From: a virus | Taxonomy: Duplodnaviria; Heunggongvirae; Uroviricota; Caudoviricetes; Crassvirales | IMG/VR virus record: IMGVR_UViG_3300031952_000007 | Coordinates: 78,504-103,626 of that record | Length of the DNA: 25,123 nt | Direction: 5' to 3' (one strand) | Notes under the pieces: model-generated | Told to the model about the DNA's origin: nothing | The model's input: only the letters and a program-made list of their open reading frames with translations | The model's database searches: none | Program-made: the position numbers and the translations under genes | Part shown: positions 14,401-20,726 of the stretch, one piece after another | Layout: each line of letters opens with the position of its first letter | Position numbering within the stretch: position 1 is the stretch's first letter

Positions 14401-16348
14401 TTTAGGAGAACAATTCTTGACAAGTATTTCAGTGGATGAAGGTGATGTAGGTTTTGGTAAATACGATCCTTACACAGGTGAGATAATAAATTCTATTCCT
14501 ACATATTTTACAAGAGAGATAGATGGTGAAGTTAGTGAAGATCTTTTTAAAACAATGGCTCTATATAATGAAATGGCTATTAAGTTTAAATTTCTTTCTA
14601 ACATTGAACAACAATCATTAGATCTTATAAGGATTGAAAGAAATAAATCTGCTATTGCAACATCCACCTTTGGTAAAGCTAAGTTTAAAGATGGGGTGCT
14701 AGATGAATCAGAAAGTAATGCTAAGAATGCAGAGCTTCTTGAGAACATGGTGAAGGCTACATTATATGGTCAAAAGTATTTACAAAGTGAAACCTTTGAC
14801 CAAGTGTTAGGAACTGTTGGAAAGTTTGCTGAAAAGATAAATAAAAAATTAGGAGTTAAAGTTTTGCCAGAAGGATTTGAAGGAAAACAAATTTCTGTAA
14901 ATAAGGTGGTTTCTACAATGAATCGCTTTTTCCAAACTAAAACATTAGGTCTTAGTTTGTTAGCTCCTACCTCTAACTTATTTGGAGGTTCTGCACAAGC
15001 ACTTATTAATGCTGGAAAGTATTACACTAAGAAAGATTATGCTTCTTCTGAAATGTGGATTAATGCTAAAATGTTAGGAGGAGTTGATGCTCAAGAAAGA
15101 ATAAACTTCATTGGGGCACTTGATTATTTCTTACCACTCACTGAGAACTACAATAAAGACTTTGCTAAAAAACTTTCTTTAACAAAACTTAGTCAAGAGA
15201 ATATACAAGATGCAATGTTTTATTTGATGAGAAATTCAGATAAGCATGTACAAACAGTTAACTTCAGAAGCTTTATTGCAAACTCAATTGTTGAAAATGG
15301 TCAAGTTGTAAACTCTAGAGAGTTTCTAAAGAGCACCGCTGAGTATAGAGATATGTATTCAGGAACTGAACAAGAAAGAAAAGCACTAGCTGATAAGTTT
15401 GAGAAAGATGTAAAGACACTTAATGAAACTAAAGGTGTGTTAAAGGTTGGTAAGGTAGTTGATGGAGAGTTTGTTATTCCTGGAGTTGAGCAAAAGTCTG
15501 ATAGTATTGTAGCTCTTAGAGCAAAGATTCAACAGGTTACATCAGATGCTATGGGTAATATGACAGAAGCAAACAAAAGACTAATGAACTTAACCATCTA
15601 TGGAGATAGTGCAATGATGTTTAAGAATTGGGTTCCTAGACTAGTAGATGTTAGATTGGGCAATCTTAAATATAATTCTGCTTCAGATGCGTATGAATGG
15701 GGAAGAATGAGAACATTGTTTAGTGTAATGTCCTTTGATGTAATCAAAAGTATTGGCACATTAAAGAATTCTATATTAGCTAATGATAAGGGCATTAATG
15801 CAATTAGAGAAATATATGAAAAAAAGAAAGCTGAATATGAAAGAGAAACAGGGAAAGAATTTAAAATGACTGCTTCTGAGTTCACTGACTTATTTAGAAA
15901 CAACATCAGAAATCAAATGTATGATGTAATGGCTCTTGCTATAATGTTTGCTTTACACTTAGCTCTTAAAGCAAATGCTCCTGATGATGATGAAGATCCA
16001 CAAGTTAAGAATGCTCATAAATTTATGTTGAGAGCTACAGATAAACTTGTTGATGAGATTTCATATTTCTATAACCCTGCAAGTTTCTATCAATTAGTTT
16101 CAAGTGGTGTGTTCCCATCAATGCAATTGCTTACAAACTTTGAAAAGATATTTACAAACTTTATGCAATCAACATATGGTCTTCTTACAGGAAATGAAGA
16201 GCTTAGAGAGAATGCCCAAACAATAAAATATATAATGAAAACTTTCCCTGTAACAAATCAGATACAGCAATATCTACCAATATTCTATCCAGAGCTTGCA
16301 AAAGATCTTGATATTAGAATGCAATCAACCTCTGGTTTTGCTAGGTAA
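11426..16348 (+). CDS. Large virion cargo/ejection-type protein (1640 aa) with degenerate zincin and PD-(D/E)xK nuclease domain
   Basis: ATG one base after the RNAP stop. LPEEAMHFAVEII (11960-11974) plus KEAIGKLLAEMI; LAGTVDFLAITKDGKVHILDWKF (D 12818, D-W-K 12860-12868) plus EQMDLY; long helical C-terminal half with the hydrophobic segment VMALAIMFALHLAL (15926-15967). Position next to the virion RNAP matches crAss-like cargo genes. Confidence 0.8.
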   Translation: MPCKIEIRKTIDQSILKETENDFRGFLEKQARAISAKLNSLWGSIASAEQTTGDGGWRVVTSKIPEAVDREYIKQDTAEKEFERDLDFFKGDQALYEQEQRDNTFLQKSKNEKENTISSTASPKTIAIVKDFLKRIGVDVQTAKQIVVNGVRLDANAVANITQKLVQVVEGLEANALPEEAMHFAVEIIEQKDPALFKKLLNEIGSYRIYTAVLNQYSTDTNYQTKDGKPDIRKIKKEAIGKLLAEMIINNSEGLTEKPEMLAKAESWWKSILNSIKSIFSKSGFDEASMKILSGEDIGTAEDLTGADGIFLQKSTQSEIYDNLKKIQANIVKDAEGYTIDGKRITRVSTLVKEWYDRRFSGGELTKSDYQKAIDDLKAEKGTAGYADLEYIQSVFVDKDGYLRDVPLDDSGYVSQLDPNDRSKYEILRDNLEERLKSFPVGTRFMSEVTIYDAARKNGLAGTVDFLAITKDGKVHILDWKFMDLNIDKYTDVPWYKIAAWREQMDLYKAIVSKAYNVKTEDFGQTRMIPIKAVYSQGNAKEKILPTLLEVKIGDVNVKNIKEDYLIPVGLENEKTGNSKIDKLLQKLNADYKSLSEKKVTPEEKGEKALQLNALFTAIRQLQMKQNIEPLLNQAKLLNKRIKNIIKTFNETWVGTNPKDYSDAQLDAFTKELADAEKTLRTYTNLYIDLKSLFPENMTAEDKELKENLRDTVDTAKEVEADLQEVMTEFTRDFNAKREDIGDVTKAEKVIKGLAKWFSSTATLQTGAIAAFFKKANRAFTYAAMETVGESKKLLKLKEAYDQLAASKGLSKKDYFNLIKKKGSNELIDEFDSKFYKLVKEKIADKDYDWIKENIDVDKYKEFLEEKKRTEIERIKAKADNRIGTDFENDAEETKEIAQVNKLYDLSTATSAGWFQYNLVKKFPKRSTWESKEWKELNNSGNKAAKDFYDYIIDRNEYYQSIGYINRGEARTFLPWVRKGLVEKMVMGGNISLGEQFLTSISVDEGDVGFGKYDPYTGEIINSIPTYFTREIDGEVSEDLFKTMALYNEMAIKFKFLSNIEQQSLDLIRIERNKSAIATSTFGKAKFKDGVLDESESNAKNAELLENMVKATLYGQKYLQSETFDQVLGTVGKFAEKINKKLGVKVLPEGFEGKQISVNKVVSTMNRFFQTKTLGLSLLAPTSNLFGGSAQALINAGKYYTKKDYASSEMWINAKMLGGVDAQERINFIGALDYFLPLTENYNKDFAKKLSLTKLSQENIQDAMFYLMRNSDKHVQTVNFRSFIANSIVENGQVVNSREFLKSTAEYRDMYSGTEQERKALADKFEKDVKTLNETKGVLKVGKVVDGEFVIPGVEQKSDSIVALRAKIQQVTSDAMGNMTEANKRLMNLTIYGDSAMMFKNWVPRLVDVRLGNLKYNSASDAYEWGRMRTLFSVMSFDVIKSIGTLKNSILANDKGINAIREIYEKKKAEYERETGKEFKMTASEFTDLFRNNIRNQMYDVMALAIMFALHLALKANAPDDDEDPQVKNAHKFMLRATDKLVDEISYFYNPASFYQLVSSGVFPSMQLLTNFEKIFTNFMQSTYGLLTGNEELRENAQTIKYIMKTFPVTNQIQQYLPIFYPELAKDLDIRMQSTSGFAR
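12440..13030 (+). other. PD-(D/E)xK (RecB/Cas4-like) nuclease domain
   Basis: RVSTLV, KGTAGY..LE, SEVTIYD, AGTVDFL, ILDWK, QMDLY and RMIPI occur in the order expected for RecB-family nuclease motifs. Confidence 0.8.
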
Positions 16349-16352
16349 AATA

Positions 16353-16392
16353 TATAATATACATTGCTATATTATACCTATTACTTTTTTTT
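16353..16392 (+). terminator. AT-only inverted repeat followed by a T8 tract; possible weak terminator or operator after the cargo genes
   Basis: TATAATATA (16353-16361), loop CATTGC, TATATTATA (16368-16376); T run at 16385-16392. The stem has no G-C pairs and is 8 nt from the T tract, so it is not a canonical intrinsic terminator. Confidence 0.3.
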
Positions 16393-16398
16393 AACACA

Positions 16399-16427
16399 TT
16401 GATTATACATTATTTTAATTAAATTTG
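16399..16427 (+). promoter_or_regulatory. Bacteroidota sigma-A-like promoter (-33 TTG, -7 TAnnTTTG)
   Basis: TTG at 16399-16401, 18-nt spacer, TAAATTTG at 16420-16427, in one of only two long intergenic gaps, 5 nt before the ATG at 16433. Confidence 0.6.
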
Positions 16428-16432
16428 CAACT

Positions 16433-18301
16433 ATGAGAACAGCTGCTATTTGCCCTACATGCGCAACATATGAAAATGCTTTATGTATCATTTATAATGG
16501 TGCCTACCTATCTAATATAGATGCAGTGCCATTAGATTCTATCGAAGCTATTTTAGTAAAGACTAATGCTAGAGTTCAAATTCTAGCCAATAAATCTATT
16601 GATGGAACTTTTGCTGCTAACAGCGATACACTCTATCCATCTCAGAAAGCAGTTAAAACTTACGTAACTTCTGTAGCTGCTACATTACAACCATTATTAG
16701 GTTTCACTCCAGAGAATGTAGCTAATAAATCTACAGACGTAACCTTTGCTGCTAATTCTAACACTCTCTATCCCACACAAGCAGCTGTTAAAGCATACAT
16801 TACAGCAAATAGTTCTGCTAAAATATCTCCATATATCAATAATGATATTCTCACTGTTACTTCAGGAAATCCTGTAGATAGTGGTAAGTCATTTTCTGTA
16901 GATGGAAATTTTGCTTCAAACAGTGATGTATTAATTCCTACACAAAAAGCTACAAAAACATATGTAGATGCATCTGTTTCAGGACTTTTAGATGATAGAG
17001 GTAATTATACACCTAGTGTAAGTAACCCTGGAACATGGCCTTCAACAGGTGGTTCTGGTATAGGTGGTGCTATTAGAAAAGGTGATCTTTGGTATATAGC
17101 AGCTGATGGTTATTTAGGAACAACAGCTGTAGTTACAGGATCTAACTTTAGAGCTATTGTAGACACTCCTGGACAAACTGCTGGTAATTGGAATATTCTA
17201 AATGCAGGAGTAGGATATATTCCTGAAAATCAAAATAATAAATCTACAGATGGCACAATGGCTGCAAATTCTGTAGTGTTATACCCTTCTCAATCAGCTG
17301 TAGTAACGTATGTTTCTTCATTCACTTCTGGCGCATATCTTCTTTTAACAGGAGGTACGTTAACAGGAAGTTTAACAGGAAAAAGTGCAGTATTTATTGA
17401 TAGTAATTCAAATGAGTTGGTTTATTTTCAAAATACAAGCACTGATAATGCAAGTTTTGGTTTTGTTGTAGCTGCAGATGCTGGTATAGGTGCTTCAATA
17501 TCTAGTACTACTAATACTGCTTTGGTAGCAAATAGTACATCAGGTAATAATGCTAGTTTTGGTCTTGGTAAAGTGGTAATTGATAATGCAGGACAAATTA
17601 TATTAGGTAATCCTGACGATGATAATGGTGTTAGAATTTATGATAATGGTCTTGTTGCTGTTAGAGGTAATTTTTACAGTACTTTATATCATCCAAATGA
17701 TACAGCTCTTATGGCATATGCTGAAGATGGTTGGTCTGTAAGATTTGGAAGTGGTGGAATAGGATTATCCATCCCATCTAGTAATAATGTTTTAATTGGA
17801 ACTTTAACTGATGATGGAACCAATAAACTACAAGTTACAGGAAATACTAAAATAACAGGAACATTAACTTCAACAGGCACTATAACAGGAACAACTGGTG
17901 CAGTAATTAGTGGATCTGCAGGATTTACAGTTACTCCTAGTGGTCGTACATTAATAGGTACAGCTAGTGATGATGGGATTAATAAATTACAAGTTACTGG
18001 ATCAGGAGAATTAACTGGTAATTTACAAGCAAATAAAATTTCTACAATAAATGATTTTACTCATCCTACGGGATGGATATCAGCAGAAGCACTATATGCA
18101 AATAGTGAAATTTTTGTTGATGGTGATGGTCAATTTAATGGAGATGTTACTGCTGCATCATTTACTCTTGAGACATTAAACACAGCACCTTCAAGTAGTT
18201 TTGACACAGGAACTCTTGGAGAAATTAGAATCACAGCTGGGTATATTTATGTATGTATTGCAACTAATACGTGGGTAAGAGCACAATTATTAACTTTCTA
18301 A
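16433..18301 (+). CDS. Tail fibre / receptor-binding-type protein A (622 aa)
   Basis: Cys-rich N-terminal domain, four NS..LxP[ST]QxAxxxYV repeats, two LIGTxxDDGxNKLQVTG repeats, G/T/S/N-rich beta segments, and a C-terminal GTLGEIRITAGYIYVCIATNTWVR motif. Confidence 0.75.
   Translation: MRTAAICPTCATYENALCIIYNGAYLSNIDAVPLDSIEAILVKTNARVQILANKSIDGTFAANSDTLYPSQKAVKTYVTSVAATLQPLLGFTPENVANKSTDVTFAANSNTLYPTQAAVKAYITANSSAKISPYINNDILTVTSGNPVDSGKSFSVDGNFASNSDVLIPTQKATKTYVDASVSGLLDDRGNYTPSVSNPGTWPSTGGSGIGGAIRKGDLWYIAADGYLGTTAVVTGSNFRAIVDTPGQTAGNWNILNAGVGYIPENQNNKSTDGTMAANSVVLYPSQSAVVTYVSSFTSGAYLLLTGGTLTGSLTGKSAVFIDSNSNELVYFQNTSTDNASFGFVVAADAGIGASISSTTNTALVANSTSGNNASFGLGKVVIDNAGQIILGNPDDDNGVRIYDNGLVAVRGNFYSTLYHPNDTALMAYAEDGWSVRFGSGGIGLSIPSSNNVLIGTLTDDGTNKLQVTGNTKITGTLTSTGTITGTTGAVISGSAGFTVTPSGRTLIGTASDDGINKLQVTGSGELTGNLQANKISTINDFTHPTGWISAEALYANSEIFVDGDGQFNGDVTAASFTLETLNTAPSSSFDTGTLGEIRITAGYIYVCIATNTWVRAQLLTF
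16586..17314 (+). repeat. Four imperfect ~27-aa (81-nt) intragenic repeats
   Basis: ANKSIDGTFAANSDTLYPSQKAVKTYV (16586-16666), ANKSTDVTFAANSNTLYPTQAAVKAYI (16721-16801), KSFSVDGNFASNSDVLIPTQKATKTYV (16886-16966), NNKSTDGTMAANSVVLYPSQSAVVTYV (17234-17314). Confidence 0.9.
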
Positions 18302-18312
18302 AATATAAAACA

Positions 18313-18591
18313 ATGATAATTACAAAATTAACAAACCCAATCCCATTTTTTAATGTGGAAGTTACACAGATTTCTTGGGAAGTTTCCTATCCATCTCTTA
18401 AAATGTATTATGTAATGCAAGACGCAGAAGGGAGTATATTAAATACTGGTAATTGGGATGTTCCTGAAGAACTAATTTCTCAATGGGGTCCTGATAGTAT
18501 TATTGGAAATGCATTAGTTGCAGCTGCTCCTTGGATAATTGCCACAACTACAACCACAACTACAGCTATACAAACAATTGAAACTTTGTAA
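18313..18591 (+). CDS. Small hypothetical protein (92 aa), possible fibre chaperone or partner; C-terminal Thr7 tract
   Basis: ATG at 18313 follows an A-rich spacer after the fibre stop, which is more plausible than the overlapping start at 18271. Thr7 at 18544-18564. Confidence 0.65.
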   Translation: MIITKLTNPIPFFNVEVTQISWEVSYPSLKMYYVMQDAEGSILNTGNWDVPEELISQWGPDSIIGNALVAAAPWIIATTTTTTTAIQTIETL

Positions 18592-18600
18592 TCTAATTCT

Positions 18601-18915
18601 ATGGCAAACGAACCATCATACAAACTAGAGTTACATAATATGGAAATACGATTATCTGAAATGGAAGATAAAATTGATGTAATTGATACAAAGTTGACAC
18701 AGGTAGTTGATGCAATATTAGGAAACCCTCTTACAAAAGCAGGAGGATTAATGCATGACATTGATGTAATGAAAATGCAAATACAAGTTCTTGAGCAAAA
18801 ACAAGTTAATGTGGATGACTTTAAAAAGAAAATTGCATGGACAATAGGTATTATTGTAACAATTGGAGCAATTATACAATTTGTAGCATCAGTTTATTCA
18901 ACTGTTAAACGTTAA
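18601..18915 (+). CDS. Coiled-coil protein with one C-terminal TM helix (104 aa); XhlA-like / holin-antiholin candidate
   Basis: Heptad-like segment MEIRLSEMEDKIDVIDTKLTQVV, then KKK followed by the hydrophobic IAWTIGIIVTIGAIIQFVASVY; lies at the head of the lysis cassette. Confidence 0.6.
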   Translation: MANEPSYKLELHNMEIRLSEMEDKIDVIDTKLTQVVDAILGNPLTKAGGLMHDIDVMKMQIQVLEQKQVNVDDFKKKIAWTIGIIVTIGAIIQFVASVYSTVKR

Positions 18916-18917
18916 TT

Positions 18918-19124
18918 ATGAAATTTGGAATAAAGCAATATTGGAAACCCACTCCTAAAAAAATTAGAAAACTAGCTGATGCAATTATTTCAGCTTCTGT
19001 TTTTGCAGGAACTATATCATCATTGAATGATAGACCAATGATTGCTACAATTATTTTTGTATCTGGATTTGTTTGTAAAATTGTATCTAATTTTTTCAGC
19101 GAAGAAGAAACCCCTGTTATATAA
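18918..19124 (+). CDS. Putative holin (68 aa, two hydrophobic segments)
   Basis: Basic N-terminus (KPTPKKIRK), hydrophobic AIISASVFAGTISS and MIATIIFVSGFVCKIV, acidic tail EEE; upstream of the endolysin; TAATG overlap with the next gene. Confidence 0.6.
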   Translation: MKFGIKQYWKPTPKKIRKLADAIISASVFAGTISSLNDRPMIATIIFVSGFVCKIVSNFFSEEETPVI

Positions 19125-19729
19125 TGAATTCTAAGAATATATCATACATTGTCATTGCTATCCTAGTTATAATTATTTATTTAGGGAGGTGTTCTAATTC
19201 TACGATTATAACTTCTCCTAAAATTATAACTATTATAGATACAATTACAATAACTGACACTGTAAAGTCTAAACCTAAGTTTATCAAAGGTGATAGTATT
19301 CCATATGCAAAATGGGATACAATGTATATTCCTGACACTTCTTATAGAGGTCTTAAGAGACAATACTTTGAAATGGCTAATAACTACCTATCTAATAGGT
19401 ATTATAGTGATACACTAAAAATTAAAGACTCTATTACTGGTTGGATTTTTGTTACAGATACAGTACAAAAGAATCTATTAACTGGTAGAGGATATGCTTA
19501 TTCCCTAAGCTACCCTAAAGTGACTACAATTATAACATTGCCTGCTCCTAAAGTTAGGCAGGTTTATATAGGAGGTCAACTATCTGGTAATCAATCTAGT
19601 CCTATTTCTAAAGCAGAAATAGGATTATTATATAAAGATAAAAAAGATCAAATATTTGGAGTGCACCTAGGTTATTCAAATCAAATAGAATTTGGAGTCT
19701 CTAGTTATTGGAAAATTAAATTAAAATAA
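19124..19729 (+). CDS. Membrane-anchored or lipoprotein-like protein (201 aa), spanin candidate
   Basis: N-terminal hydrophobic helix ISYIVIAILVIIIYLG followed by RC, a DT-rich stalk, and a C-terminal run of amphipathic beta-strands ending in YWKIKLK; inside the lysis cassette. Confidence 0.55.
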   Translation: MNSKNISYIVIAILVIIIYLGRCSNSTIITSPKIITIIDTITITDTVKSKPKFIKGDSIPYAKWDTMYIPDTSYRGLKRQYFEMANNYLSNRYYSDTLKIKDSITGWIFVTDTVQKNLLTGRGYAYSLSYPKVTTIITLPAPKVRQVYIGGQLSGNQSSPISKAEIGLLYKDKKDQIFGVHLGYSNQIEFGVSSYWKIKLK

Positions 19730-19734
19730 ACCAC

Positions 19735-19965
19735 ATGTTAAAGAAAATTATCACATTTATTAAGTCTTTGTTTGGAATTCATGAAACATTAAAATGTCCT
19801 TCTATTAATTTTACAATAGGTAAAAAAGAAGAAGAAATCATTAATGACTTTCCTATTTTTCCTAATATTTCACATAGTGCATTTGATGAAACTTTTCCTC
19901 CTAAAAAGAAGAAGAGAGCGTATAAGAAAAAAGTAAAAACTGTAAACGATGCTGGACTTAAATAA
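19735..19965 (+). CDS. Hypothetical protein (76 aa), N-terminal amphipathic helix and Lys-rich tail
   Basis: Fills the gap between neighbours, follows an A-rich spacer, and overlaps the endolysin start by 17 nt. No recognisable motif. Confidence 0.5.
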   Translation: MLKKIITFIKSLFGIHETLKCPSINFTIGKKEEEIINDFPIFPNISHSAFDETFPPKKKKRAYKKKVKTVNDAGLK

Positions 19966-20539
19966 ATTAAAAGGACATGTTCCTGATGGTGTATTAGCTC
20001 AAATTCCAGATGTTATATCTAAGTTTGAAATTAATACAGCTCAACGTTTAGCTCATTTCTTAGCTCAATGTGCTCATGAATCTGGGAATTTTACACTTAC
20101 ACAAGAAAATCTTAATTACAGTGCTAAGGGATTGCGTAATACATTTCGTAAGTATTTTCCTACAGATGCATTAGCTGCTGCTTATGAACGTAAGCCAGAG
20201 AAAATAGCCAACAAAGTTTATGCTAATAGAATGGGCAATGGTCTAGAAGCTTCTGGTGAAGGGTTTAAATTTCGTGGCAGAGGGTATATCCAGCTTACTG
20301 GTAAAGAAAATTACACAGCATTTGATGCTTTTGTACCAGAAGATATACTTAGTTCTCCTGAATTAGTAGGTAGTAAGTATCCTTTACTATCTGCTGCATG
20401 GTTTTTTCATAAAAACTGTCTTAAAAAAGCAGATCTTCCTAATGCTGCAACAGCTGTAAGTAGATGTGTAAATGGTGGAACCATTGGTTTGGAAGACAGG
20501 ATTAAACATTTTAACAACTATTATAAATTACTTGCATAA
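19949..20539 (+). CDS. Glycoside hydrolase family 19 endolysin (196 aa)
   Basis: RLAHFLAQCAHESGNF, ENLNYSAKGL, ANKVYANRMGNG, FRGRGYIQLTGKENY, SAAWFF and VNGGTIGLEDR are hallmark motifs of phage GH19 lysins. Confidence 0.95.
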   Translation: MLDLNKLKGHVPDGVLAQIPDVISKFEINTAQRLAHFLAQCAHESGNFTLTQENLNYSAKGLRNTFRKYFPTDALAAAYERKPEKIANKVYANRMGNGLEASGEGFKFRGRGYIQLTGKENYTAFDAFVPEDILSSPELVGSKYPLLSAAWFFHKNCLKKADLPNAATAVSRCVNGGTIGLEDRIKHFNNYYKLLA

Positions 20540-20655
20540 TGGCAAAATCAACAAGTAACCCAAGTAAGGTTGGATCTAGAAAAAAGGGTAAAGCAAAAAA
20601 AGGATCAGGTCCTAAAGATAAAAGTGTTTCTAAATACAGAGCACAAGGTAGATAA
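20539..20655 (+). CDS. Small basic protein (38 aa) not in the ORF track: MAKSTSNPSKVGSRKKGKAKKGSGPKDKSVSKYRAQGR
   Basis: ATG overlaps the endolysin stop (TAATG at 20537-20541); TAA at 20653-20655; 10 Lys, 3 Arg, 1 Asp; ends in a KYRxQG motif. Confidence 0.75.
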   Translation: MAKSTSNPSKVGSRKKGKAKKGSGPKDKSVSKYRAQGR

Positions 20656-20675
20656 AATAACTATTATAGTTATTT
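20655..20675. repeat. Perfect 10-bp inverted repeat with 1-nt centre (operator-like palindrome)
   Basis: AAATAACTAT-T-ATAGTTATTT, between the 38-aa gene stop and the downstream TAnnTTTG box. Confidence 0.8.
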
Positions 20676-20688
20676 GAAATTATTACAA

Positions 20689-20711
20689 TTGATTAAGATT
20701 ATATATCTTTG
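20689..20711 (+). promoter_or_regulatory. Bacteroidota-type -7 promoter box upstream of fibre B
   Basis: TATCTTTG at 20704-20711 (TAnnTTTG), 15 nt before the ATG at 20727. The upstream TTG (20689-20691) is only 12 nt away, so the -33 element is non-canonical. Confidence 0.55.
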
Positions 20712-20726
20712 TTATTATAAATTAAT

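Noticed and set aside
16586-17314. Fibre repeats as a DGR template/variable repeat pair or a CRISPR array
   Set aside because: The differences are not confined to adenines, no reverse transcriptase is present, the units are in-frame coding repeats with irregular spacing, and there are no identical repeat-spacer units.
18271-18312. Start at 18271 for the small gene after fibre A
   Set aside because: It would overlap the fibre A C-terminus; the ATG at 18313 follows the A-rich spacer and has A at -3.
18544-18564. Thr7 tract as a phase-variable microsatellite
   Set aside because: The codons are mixed (ACA ACT ACA ACC ACA ACT ACA), which indicates protein-level low complexity rather than a slippage-prone perfect repeat.
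19949-20539. True chitinase (auxiliary metabolic gene)
   Set aside because: It sits beside holin-like genes and carries the ENLNYS insertion typical of phage GH19 endolysins, so peptidoglycan lysis is the simpler reading.
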